Shown here: in pieces, positions 28,472-39,086 of the stretch
How the letters are laid out: each line of letters opens with the position of its first letter
Position numbering within the stretch: position 1 is the first letter of the stretch
Source: Macrostomum lignano
Taxonomy: Eukaryota
Assembly: GCA_002269645.1 (NCBI GenBank)
Contig: NIVC01001859.1
Location: forward strand, 1 to 56,734
Direction of reading: 5' to 3'
DNA length: 56,734 nt
Position numbers and translations under genes: made by a program
The notes under the pieces: generated by a model
Told to the model about the DNA's origin: nothing
The model's input: the letters and a program-made list of their open reading frames with translations, nothing else
Database searches by the model: none

Positions 28472-28933
28472 TCACTCTTTGGGAGGCGGCACAACCGCCA
28501 CAGGCCGGTGGGCGTGGTGCAGCACGTAGTCAGACACGCTGCCCAAGAAAGTCCGCCTCATCGTGCCCAGTCCGCGGTTGCCAACCAGGATGAGGTCCAC
28601 CGCCTCCTCGTTGGCAATTTCAACAATCGCTGGTCCGACGCCGTGAGTCATTCTTTCCAGGAATCGTTGCGTATTTTTCAGGCCAAGGCTTGCGCAAAAC
28701 TGGCGAGTTTTTATTGCCAACGCTTTGCCCTCCTCGATGCCGCGGGCGATGCCGGCGTTGTAGGCCTCCGGCGTGGCCACCACGCTGTGGGCCAGCAGCG
28801 ACATGGACGGCGGGTCGGTGATGAACACGAAGATCAGCAGGTCCTCCGGGTTGTTCATGTTCTGGGCGTACCAGCGGAGCGCCCGACGGCTGTTCTCGCT
28901 ACCGTCCATGGCAATCAGGATCTTGCGCTTCAT
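28472..28933 (-). CDS. uspA: Universal stress protein, UspA family (153 aa, intronless CDS)
   Basis: N-terminal KILIAMDGSENSRRAL, C-terminal DLILVGNRGLGTMRRTFLGSVSDYVLHHAHRPVAVVP with the G-2X-G-9X-GS ATP-binding motif; complete ORF. Confidence 0.97.
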   Translation of the reverse strand: MKRKILIAMDGSENSRRALRWYAQNMNNPEDLLIFVFITDPPSMSLLAHSVVATPEAYNAGIARGIEEGKALAIKTRQFCASLGLKNTQRFLERMTHGVGPAIVEIANEEAVDLILVGNRGLGTMRRTFLGSVSDYVLHHAHRPVAVVPPPKE

Positions 28934-28939
28934 AGCCTG

Positions 28940-29464
28940 GAGTGAGTGAGGGAGTGAGCAGGAGAGTGAATGAGTTACTGAGTGAGTGAGTGAGTGAGTG
29001 AGCAGGAGAGTGAATGAGTTACCGAGTGAGTGAGTGAGTGAGTGAGTGAGCAGGAGAGTGAATGAGTTACCGAGTGAGTGAGTGAGTGAGTGAGCGAGTG
29101 AGTGAGTGAGTGAGTGAGTGAGTGAGTGAGTGAGTGAGTGAGTGAGTGAGTGAATGAGTGAGTGAGTGCGTGAGTGAGCGAGTGAGTGAGTGAGCGAGTG
29201 AGTGAGTGAGTGAGTGAGTGAGTGAGTGAGTGAATGAGTGAGTGAGTGCGTGAATGAGCGAGTGAGTGAGTGAGTGAGTGAGTGAGTGAATGAGTTACCG
29301 AGTGAGTGAGTGCGTGAGTGAGCGAGTGAGTGAGTGAGTGAGTGAGTGAGTGAGTGAGCGAGTGAGTGAGTGAGTGAGTGAGTGAGTGAGTGAGTGAGTG
29401 AGTGAGTGAGTGAGTGAGTGAGTGAGCAAGAGAGTGAATGAGTTACTGAGTGAGTGAGTGAGTG
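28940..29464. repeat. (GAGT)n microsatellite, probably filling a 5-prime UTR intron of the USP gene (about 28937-29498)
   Basis: Repeat seen directly; on the minus strand there is an acceptor CTCCAG|GCTATG and a donor AAG|GTGAGG at 29499/29498. Confidence 0.85.
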
Positions 29465-30019
29465 ATCAGAGAGGAAGCAATCTTCTTTAAGGCCTCACCT
29501 TTTTCTCGATGATACTTTTTCGTTGTACGACGGCGCAGAGTCTAAAGAAAGTTCTGTATGAGACTGCGATTAATCCAAAGTTATTCCCTCCTCAGCACTT
29601 TGTCAGTGGGTTCGTGTGCAAGCGATCTGCCTAAGCCATCCCGTTCCGTTATATGACCGCTAAGCGCGGGCGTCAAACGCCATCGATGCTCCTTCAGGCC
29701 GAGGCAGCCAGGGGTCTGCGGGGCAAAGGGGGACGGAAGTCAGAGGGACCGGGGATCGAGCGAGTGCGCTGCAGGGAAGAGAAACGGACAGTTGAAGCTG
29801 GCTCGATGCTGCTTTCATTCGGATGCGTACAAAATATGCTATCCCGTTTAGGCTGAGGGGCACGCGGCTTCCCCGCCCACTGCTCTCTCCCTATTCCATC
29901 AGACAGCCCCTAACTCTCTCTTCTACGATCTCGCTGGCCGGTTCAGACACGTGGCTTGCTCGCCGCCACCGAACGTTCAATGCTAAAACGAATGGACAGT
30001 TATTCATCCGTCCATCCAT

Positions 30020-30143
30020 CTGTCTGTCTGTCTGTCTTGTCTGTCTGTCTGTCTGTCTTGTCTGTCTGTCTGTCTGTCTGTTTTGTCTGTCTGTCTGTCT
30101 TGTCTGTCTGTCTGTCTTGTCTGTCTGTCTGTCTGTCTGTCTA

Positions 30144-30210
<67 letters not shown>

Positions 30211-30266
30211 TGTCTGTCTGTCTGTCTTGTCTGTCTGTCTGTCTTGTCTGTCTGTCTGTCTGTCTA

Positions 30267-30361
<95 letters not shown>

Positions 30362-30366
30362 GTCTA

Positions 30367-30425
<59 letters not shown>

Positions 30426-30439
30426 TGTCTGTCTGTCTG

Positions 30440-30475
<36 letters not shown>

Positions 30476-30632
30476 GTCTGTCTTTCTGTCTGTCTGTCTG
30501 TCTGTCTGTCCGTTTGTCTATCTGTCTGTCTGTCTGTCTGTCTTGTCTGCCTGTCTCTCTTCGCGTCTGTCTGTCTGTCTGTCTGCCTGCCTGTCTTAGT
30601 GTCTGTCTGTCTCCCCGTCTCCCCGTCTGTCC

Positions 30633-30687
<55 letters not shown>

Positions 30688-30776
30688 GTTTTGTCTGCCT
30701 GCCTGTCTGTCTATCTTATTGTCTGTCTGCCTGCCTGTCTTAGTGTCTGTCTGTCTCCCCGTCTCCCCGTCTGTCC

Positions 30777-30815
<39 letters not shown>

Positions 30816-30912
30816 GTTTTGTCTGCCTGCCTGTCTGTCTACCTTATTGTCTGTCTGCCTGTCTGTCTATCTTATTGTCTGCCTGCCTGTCTGTCTTAGT
30901 GTCTGTCTGTCT
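30020..30912. repeat. (TGTC)n/(GACA)n microsatellite with variants
   Basis: Seen directly. Confidence 0.97.
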
Positions 30913-31897
30913 GTGACTGTCATGCCATGTTACGAGAATCGTTATTGGCTGCGCGCTATACAAGCGTAGTTCTGACTTTAAAATACACAGATAACAAATG
31001 AACATTTTGTTGTCTATGGTAGGGGAATTACTAAAAATCGCTACCATCATAACAACCACCATCATTGTATCACCATGATCATAATCATCCTCAGCATCAT
31101 CCTTATCATACTATCGTACAACCCCTAGCATAGTGAATAACAATCAAGAACATTATTGATCACTTGACTTATTAATTAATTAATCACAAATTCAATTATC
31201 TGGATGGCTCGTACAAAGCTGAAATTTACACTCTGTATTTTTTAGGTCGATTTGTACTTTAAAACGTACTCAAACAATAAAAGTGCAACGCGTGTTTAAG
31301 TTCTGCAACAAAAGTTATAGTACGCAAAATATGAGCAATATATTAATGAGATAAAATACCTGGCGAAAAAACACACAATACATTGATATAGTCATGAATT
31401 GAACTGCAGAAACCGTTTAAAATATTAAATAAACGAATAATATAAGCAACATTTTGCCTGATCGATTCTCCTAGAAATATATTTAAAGACTCCAATCGAA
31501 ACACGATTTTATTGTTAAATAGTATCAAAAAAGCAAATTTATTGGCTAAATTTTCGCATTGCTACTTACAAGTAAAATAGAGTAGATAGACGAAGGAATG
31601 CACGTAATTTTAGCTCGTATCATTTTCGCACAGCGAGTTTATTGATAGCTCGTTTAATATCGAGAGAGCGACTCAAATGTACTTATCAGACTGGGGAGAT
31701 GATAGTGGCAAGATGAAAACACATAGTACATGTACCAGGTACTAAAGTACAACCAATTAAGTAGGAAATATTTCAGATTATGTCACGCAATGTAATTTAA
31801 ATGTGCATTTTTAAAATAAAAACAGTAACTTTAGCCAATGTAACAGAAACATTATTTTAATAGTTCAGTTTTAAAATTATAAAACGTGTATACTGGC

Positions 31898-32410
31898 GGT
31901 GTACAGTGGGATTGAGGTTGGCTGGGAGCGAGTGTACACTGGGATTGAGGTTGGTTGGGAGCGAGTGTACACTGGGATTGAGGTTGGCTGGGAGCGAGTG
32001 TACATTTGGGATTGAGGTTGGTTGGGAGCGAGTGTACACTGGGATTGAGGTTGGCTGGGAGCGAGTGTACATTTGGGATTGAGGTTGGTTGGGAGCGAGT
32101 GTACACTGGGATTGAGGTTGGCTGGGAGCGAGTGTACATTTGGGATTGAGGTTGGTTGGGAGCGAGTGTACACTGGGATTGAGGTTGGCTGGGAGCGAGT
32201 GTACATTTGGGATTGAGGTTGGTTGGGAGCGAGTGTACACTGGGATTGAGGTTGGTTGGGAGCGAGTGTACACTGGGATTGAGGTTGGCTGGGAGCGAGT
32301 GTACATTTGGGATTGAGGTTGGCTGGGAGCGAGTGTACACTTGGATTGAGGTTGGCTGGGAGCGAGTGTACACTGGGATTGAGGTTGGCTTGAAGCGAGT
32401 GTACACAGGG
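31898..32410. repeat. 33/34-bp minisatellite (GTGTACACTGGGATTGAGGTTGG[C/T]TGGGAGCGA), about 15 copies
   Basis: Seen directly. Confidence 0.95.
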
Positions 32411-33047
32411 AGTGAAGTTGGGCGAATCAAATATTTTACAATTTTTTTTGATATTATCCATAGTATTTAAATAGCAAGAAAAAGAAGACACAGCTGTCTT
32501 AACTGTGTCTGTGTCTGTGGCCAGGATTTATCAAGCTGAAAACATCGCCCCAAAAGGACATAAAATCGATAGACACAACAACAGATTACAAGGAAATGTC
32601 TTAAACGGGAAGACACAAAATAATTCAACGTTAGTAGATTTTTCTAGGAAGGCTAAATAAAAAAGTTAACATTTATCTATTAAAGATTATAATTATGTCG
32701 TCTAAATAAAAATATATTTAATACAGACTATGAATCTTAAAAGTAAGCATTTTTAAAAGTAACGCAATATCGGATGAAGCAGACAAGTTGAGCACACTTT
32801 TTATCGCTCATTAAGATTTTGAACTACATGTATAAAAGAGTTGCAATGGCTATTATTCATCAATGCAACATATAACTATACAAGACAAAGAGCGACAATA
32901 TTTCAAAACAAGTAAAATAAAACAGAATTTCAACATGTAATTCGACTCGTCTGTTTAAAGCCAAGCATAGCAACAGGCCTGTTTACACTGGAGATTTAAA
33001 ATAATTTCAATATTTGACCAAGGACCGCTGTAGGTAGTATAACTTGA

Positions 33048-33776
33048 CGTAAAACTCAAAGATCGTGTAATTTTTCAGGAAAAAATCACTGTGGCGATTG
33101 GAAAAAATCATTTTTTGAATTTGATATGGGACAGTGAAGATCACCATTGTTTTAATTTAACGATGCACAGCATGTTATTATTTTGTATTTTATATAGTTG
33201 TGCAGTGAAAAGTTCATTTTTATATTGTTTTCCTAATTTACATTCTTTGTTGGCTCTCCAACGGGGGGGGGGCGCTGATTGCTAGTCTATATACTAATTT
33301 TGCACTGTTTCTCTGTCTGTAATTGATTTCTTTTAAGAACCGGTCTGGCCGATGTTTTACAAATAAGCTTTAAATCCGTTGTACTAAAAATGGTCTGTCG
33401 GTAGGTAACTTTTTTCGATGAAAAATTTGAATGGGAAGTGGGACAAATACTCGAAAAACGATGTTTTTCAATGCTTTCAATGGGCTCTCGATGGTCACTT
33501 TGATTGCGAACCATTCTGACTTGAATTAGAAAATGATGCCCCCCATGGGGGGCTTGATGTGCTAGTCCAATATACTTAAGTACTCGTAACTATTCCTAGA
33601 CCTGCGTTGAAATAACTAAATGTAGACACTGTTTAACAATATCATTTTTTCATATTTTTATTGACCCAGTATTTTTTGAAAGCTAATAATCTTTATGCCA
33701 AGGCCTTGCTTAAATACTGGTCTATTTATTCCTGGAAATTGGCCCCCTAAAAATTACACGATCTTTGAGTTTTACG
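33048..33776. mobile_element. Non-autonomous DNA transposon (MITE-like, about 730 bp) with about 28-bp TIRs
   Basis: CGTAAAACTCAAAGATCGTGTAATTTTT at 33048 and its reverse complement ending at 33776; TA follows on the right, GA precedes on the left. Confidence 0.6.
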
Positions 33777-33962
33777 TAGTTTTGTACTACAGTGGTCTTT
33801 GTATTAGTCATTAAGCAGACCAAACCAAAAAAGTAAACCCAGAGTAAGATTACCCAAATAAAGTTGTCATCATTTCATGGATTTGTTCGAATCATCGTCA
33901 TTTAAGAATAAGCAGTAACGATCGCGGGCGCATAATACAGATTTGATATGATAGATGATTGC

Positions 33963-34208
33963 TCACTGCTGGGATGCGGATCCCGAGCCTAGCGAGTCGC
34001 CTCCAGCTGAAGAATTCGAAGTAGTGGAGACCGGACTGGCGGCCAATTTAACAGTGGCAGGTGACTCAAAGTCCAGCTGCATCAGGCAGGCGAATATTGT
34101 CATGACCATCTTTGGTTTGACCTCCACAATGTCCTCTGGCAGGGCGTAGATCTTTGCGCCAGCCCGCCAGCCCAGGTTGATGGCCAGTTTGGCATTCTGC
34201 AGCCGCTC
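33963..34208 (-). CDS. PLS: Plastin/fimbrin last exon (CH4 end: [43 protein letters not shown].., Ser-rich tail, stop)
   Basis: NAK.AI...[25 protein letters not shown] is diagnostic of plastins; acceptor TGAAG; TGA at 33965-33963. Confidence 0.95.
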   Translation of the reverse strand, partial: ERLQNAKLAINLGWRAGAKIYALPEDIVEVKPKMVMTIFACLMQLDFESPATVKLAASPVSTTSNSSAGGDSLGSGSASQQ

Positions 34209-34232
34209 CTTCAGGGGAGAGGGTTGGGGCCG

Positions 34233-34828
34233 CTAGATTTATGGCTAGATTTTATGGCTAGATTTTATGACTAGATTTTATGACTAGATTTTATGACTGG
34301 GTTTTATGGCTAGATTTTATGACTAGATTTATGGCTAGATTTTATGGCTAGATTTTATGGCTAGATTTTATGGCTAGATTTTATGACTAGTTTTTATGAC
34401 TAGATTTTATGGCTAGGTTTTATGGCTAGATTTTATGGCTTGATTTTATGACTAGGTTTTATGGCTAGATTTTATGGCTAGATTTTATGACTAGGTTTTA
34501 TGGCTAGATTTTATGGCTAGATTTTATGACTAGATTTTATGGCTAGACTTTGTAAATAGATTCTATCAGCTAGATTCTATCAGCTAGATTCTATTAGCTA
34601 GATTCTATCAGCTAGATTCTATCAGCTAGATTCTATCAACTAGATTCTATCAGCTAGATTCTATCAGCTAGATTCTATCAGCTAGATTATATCAGCTAGA
34701 TTCTATCAGCTAGATTCTATCAGCTAGATTCTATCAGCTAGATTCTATCAGCTAGATTCTATCAGCTAGATTCTATCAGCTAGATTCTATCAGCTAGATT
34801 CTATCAGCTAGATTCTATCAGCTAGATC
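34233..34828. repeat. Two abutting arrays: 13-bp TAGATTTTATGGC then 14-bp TAGATTCTATCAGC, filling plastin intron 34209-34873
   Basis: Seen directly; the switch occurs near 34550-34560. Confidence 0.95.
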
Positions 34829-34873
34829 TATAAATAAGCTACGATAAACACTAGAGCTAGAAGCCAAGCTCAC

Positions 34874-35243
34874 AGCCTCGGTGGTGCCCTCCAACACGTT
34901 GGCATAGTTAACAGATCCGGGTCTCAGGCAGTCGATCAAGTCCAGCACCAGCCGAGCATCAGCAATGGCCAGATCCTGAAACGATGCCAGCCGACCGGAC
35001 TTGCCGCCCCGCTCCAGACGCTGGTTGGCCCAGGCTATGATGGCGCGCTCGTCAATGCGTTTGCCAGCTGCAGCGCTGCCAGCAAGCTTAGACAGGATGG
35101 CCAGGGTGTACGCTCGCATGAGCTGCCACACCAGGGCCAGGGTGAGGGTCACGTTGCCTTCTAGCAGGTCTTCGCCTCCGATGCCCACGAGGCTGAAACC
35201 CACTTGACGGCCGAGTTCCACGGCGTAATTGCAGTTCTCTAGC
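34874..35243 (-). CDS. PLS: Plastin exon (CH3 end and CH4: LENCNYAVELGRQVGFSLVGIGGEDL..LTLALVWQLMRAYTL..)
   Basis: ENCNYAVELG and LTLALVWQLMR.YTL motifs; acceptor ATCAG, donor GTGAGC. Confidence 0.96.
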
Positions 35244-35329
35244 CTGATGGGTGCGTCATTTGTGATGACGATGATGACAGGTTCAAAATCTTATCATCCA
35301 TTAACTTTAAAATCTTATTCCCATAGCCA

Positions 35330-35700
35330 TAAAATCTCAATACTAGAGCTGCAACAGCTCAACTCGATATCTTCAAAATGTGCTTCTCTAAAATCTCACC
35401 CCTATAGGTTTAAAATCTCACCCCTAAAGGTTCAAAATCTCACTCGCTAAACGTTCAAAATTTCATTTCCATAGGTTGAAAATCTATAGGTTGAAATTCT
35501 ATCCTACATGTATAGGTTCGAAATATCACACCATAGTTTTAAAATCTCACCCCTCAAGGCTAAAAATCGCACCCCTATAGGTTCCATATCTCACCCTTAA
35601 AACTTTCAAAATCTCACCCCTATAGATTCAAAATCTCACCCTAACGGTTCGAAATCTCACCCTCTAAAAGTTCAAAATCTCAGCCCTATAGATAAAAATC
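35330..35700. repeat. Degenerate AAAATCTCACCCCTATAGG-type repeat in a plastin intron
   Basis: Recurrent AAATCTCACCC motif seen directly. Confidence 0.65.
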
Positions 35701-35704
35701 TCAC

Positions 35705-36186
35705 CTTTCAAAGTTCTCTCGCATTCTGTGAAAAGTTTTGTGCACCCGCGGCCAGCGCACAATGCCGGGCCGGATCAGGTCGTACAGGTGGAACAGGGTC
35801 AGGCCGGACCGCAGGTCCGTGTACAGGTAGTTGACCCGAGGTGCCACCCCCATCGAGTTCATCCAATTCCGGTAAGTTTTCTCCTCTCTGGTCTCGTCAA
35901 TTAAGAACGCGTCCGCGCCAAATCCAGCGTGATTTTCGTCGGCGCCGATCGGTCCGGCGCCAACTCCTCCGGCGCCAACTCCACCGGCGCCATCCTCGGC
36001 GCCGTCCTCGCCGGGTTCCGGCAGGGAGGGGAACTTGTGAAACAAATTGGCAACGAAAGCCAAGTTGAGATTGGAATTTCCGGCCACAATGTCCGATGGT
36101 TGGACAAAAACTCTGGCGTCGACTAATTCGGCGTTTTGCAGCACCAGCTCCGCTCGGGTTTGGTGCTCGCGTTGTTGCAAAATATC
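35705..36186 (-). CDS. PLS: Plastin exon (CH2 end, linker, CH3 start: RAELVL..FVQPSDIVAGNSNLNLAFVANLF..ETREEKTYRNWMNSMGV..LYTDL..)
   Basis: LNLAFVANLF and ETREE.TYRNWMNS are plastin hallmarks; acceptor TGCAG, donor GTGAGA. Confidence 0.96.
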
Positions 36187-36346
36187 CTGCAGATTGGCGC
36201 GATCGTGTGTATTACTTTTCGTGTTCAATTTGCACTACTGATAGTAGTTTGATTCAGAAAAAAACCTTGAAAAATACAGGAAGAATAATTATGACCGAGA
36301 ATTAGTTTCTCAGAGATGTGTTACGTTTAACAGAAAAGAAAAAAGT

Positions 36347-36555
36347 AGGCTGACCCAGCAACTGGGGATCTGGTAGGCTGGCTCAGCAACTGAGGATCTG
36401 GTAGGCTGGCCCAGCAACTCAGGATCTGGTAGGCTGGTCCAGCAACTCAGGATCTGGGAGGCTGGCCCAGCAACTGAGGATCTGGGAGGCTGGCCCAGCA
36501 ACTGAGGATCTGGGAGGCTGGTCCAGCAACAGAGGATCTGCGAGGCCCAGCAACT
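36347..36555. repeat. 28-bp minisatellite (GGCTGGCCCAGCAACTGAGGATCTGGGA), about 7 copies
   Basis: Seen directly. Confidence 0.9.
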
Positions 36556-36648
36556 AAGGCTTCGGTGTTTCTAAACGTCAAAAACTGCTCACTGAAGGCA
36601 GCAATTGAAAACCTCCCATCAGAGCAAGCAGACAGGACAGCAACTCAC

Positions 36649-37123
36649 ACTGGCCGAATGCATTCCGTTCCCGCTCTCCTTCGGAATGATCTGCTGCAGC
36701 AGGTAGGCGTAGGCCTCGCTATCCTTGATGTCGTCGCTAAAATTGGCAATCCGCCGTTTACTTCCCGCCCTCTCCAGGTGATAGTTCACCCACTTCATCA
36801 GCAGCTGCTCAGGCGCCAGAGAGCGGATGTCCTCAATGCTGGCCTCTGATGTGCCAAACAGAGCTCTGAGCTCGCTGTTGGCCGCCAGATTAACATCGGC
36901 CAGGAGGCCAACTTTGATAATCTGCCATAGCAGACCCAGAATGAGGTGCTGGGTGCCGGCCACCACCTCGGATGCGCCCATGCTAACCACAACGCAGCCA
37001 AGGCTCTGAGCAGAGTTCAGCGCCAGGGTGATGTTCTCGTTGCGCTTGAATAGGGACAGATTTTCACCTTTGTTGAGCACCCGTTCGTCTATGGTGTCAG
37101 GCGATGCGATGTTGATCACCTTG
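36649..37123 (-). CDS. PLS: Plastin exon (CH1 and CH2: KVINIASPDTIDER..ENITLALNSAQSLGC..LILGLLWQIIK..PEQLLMKWVNYHL..NFSDDIKDSEAY)
   Basis: Very strong plastin/fimbrin motifs; acceptor AACAG, donor GTGAGT. Confidence 0.97.
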
Positions 37124-37137
37124 CTGTTGGGGGAGAG

Positions 37138-37527
37138 TGACAGGTAAGATTCACAGGTGAGATTCACAGGTGAGATTCACAGGTGAGATTCACAGGTGCG
37201 AGTGACAGGTGAGATCCACAGGTGAGAGACAGTTGCGAGTGACAGGTGAGATCCACAGGTGAGAGACAGTTGCGAGTGACAGGTGAGTGGCAGGTGAGAT
37301 TCACAGGTGAGAGAGACAGGTGCGAGTGACAGGTGAGAGTGGCAGGTGAGATTCACAGGTGAGAGTGACAGATGAGATTTACATGTGAGTGACAGATGAG
37401 ATTCAAATGTGAGAGTGAAAGGTGAGATTTACAGGTGAGAGTGACAGGTGAGAGTGAAAGGTGAGGTTCACAGGTGAGAGTGGAAGGTGAGATTCACAGG
37501 TGAGAGTGGAAGGTGAGATTCACAGAT
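37138..37527. repeat. CAGGTGAG-core tandem repeat (GTGAGATTCACAG variants) next to the plastin intron 2 acceptor
   Basis: Seen directly. Confidence 0.9.
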
Positions 37528-37664
37528 GTTCAATGGATGATTAGGGAAATTACATACGAGCTACAAAATCTTATGTTACAAACTTGGCTTAAATTTTAAA
37601 CTGTCAATTCGACTCTAACAAAAATGCTAGAGTCAATATTGAATTGGCACGGTTGGGTTTTAAG

Positions 37665-38370
37665 TACTTCGGCTGTCCGGACAGTCGTGAGAATGTGTCA
37701 ATTAAGCAAGAAAGCAGCAAGCTGTTGATGTGGCACACAGAAATTTTCAATAATAGACTTATATATGTCTATGGTGAAAATTCTTGTTATTCTAGCAGCA
37801 AAATTTGGGGCAGGGGCGAGCTCAGTATAAAGTGCTCAATAGCAAATGCAACGCGGTGATCAAGTTTGAAAATTTTGACAGCAAGTTCTTCAAAATGAAA
37901 GACTTCCAGCTGTCCAGGGTTATGCCTATGCTAGATACCGTCTTGGAATCTCCGCTCTCAGCTGCCATGACGAGCTGCTCAAAGTTTATGGAGATGCTGC
38001 ACCAGGTCGGTCAACGGTTTACAGATGGTATTCGAAGTTCCGTGACGAAGCATTTCCCCCGGTCTCAGCTCCTCGGACTGGCCGGCCACGGTCAACAAGG
38101 ACAGCGGAACTGATCGAAACCTGCCGAGCTCTTATTGAAGAGGATCCAAAAGTTAGTGTCCGAGACCTCGCTGACTTTTTGGAAGTTGGAAAAACAACAG
38201 TGCACGAAATTTTTACTGAGGATTTGCACCTTCGAAACGTTTCTGCTGTCTGGGTTCCTCATGCTCTATCCGAGGAGAACAAGACTGCCCGCATCAATTG
38301 TGCCAAGCAAATTCGCAGGCTTTTTTACAACGAGGGCATGGAAAACTTTCCAAACAATTATTTTAATTAG
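37665..38370 (+). mobile_element. 5-prime half of a mariner element: putative left TIR plus truncated transposase (HTH domains to WVPH linker)
   Basis: YARYRLGISALSCHDELLKVYGDAAPGRSTVYRWYSKF..RTGRP..EDPKVSVRDLA..TVHEIFTEDLHLRNVSAVWVPHALS; ends before the DD34D domain; TA plus CTTCGGCTGTCCGG near 37665 resembles a mariner TIR. Confidence 0.85.
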
Positions 38371-38813
38371 GAAGAGTAAGATTTTACGACTGGATACGAC
38401 ACCGAAACTGACCAGCAGAAGAATGATGATGTCAATAGCTTTTTTAGATTGTGTCATTGCTATGATTGTACAATGAATGCATAATCTACAGGCAAACTTT
38501 TAGTTAGCTACTAGTGAAGAATCTATAAAATGCTACTAAAGCGGTCAAGTCTTCCACGATCCCTTCTCCCCTCTCTATCCTTTCCCCAGAGCCAGTTAAT
38601 CCGCGGACACACACGGCGTTTTGAGTTCGCGCAACCTGAGAACTACTAGATATAACTAGGCACGCTTCTGCATGACTGAGATAGGACTCAGAATGGTAGT
38701 GGCAGCCCTATATGCCCGATCTTCTTTCTCTGATCGTTAACGAAAGCAACCATTTCTGCGCAAACTGTTGTAGACAGATCAAACTTGAAATTATTCTACT
38801 TGTTGTCTGCTGA

Positions 38814-38816
<3 letters not shown>

Positions 38817-38884
<68 letters not shown>

Positions 38885-38912
38885 TCTCTCTCTCTCTCTC
38901 GTTCTCTCTCTC
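38817..38912. repeat. (CT)n microsatellite
   Basis: Seen directly. Confidence 0.95.
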
Positions 38913-39086
38913 AATCCTCTCTCTTGGTCTGGAAGATTTTGCCAGCTTTTATTAAGCTGCCATTTAGGATTGGAATATCTTGGCCAACTGCAGAACACTG
39001 ACTTCTGCCTCGTCTAAGCTATTCTGAGAACTGAAAACAACTGTCACAAACGTGGCATTGGGTTCACTCCGTTTCTGTCAAAAAAT

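Noticed and set aside
28472-28933. USP as bacterial contamination, or as a gene nested in plastin
   Set aside because: It is contiguous with eukaryotic repeats and a likely UTR intron, and the plastin CDS ends at 33963, so the USP CDS lies outside the plastin coding span
28508-28945. 145-aa plus-strand ORF antisense to the USP gene
   Set aside because: Shadow ORF expected from GC-rich codon usage; no recognisable motif
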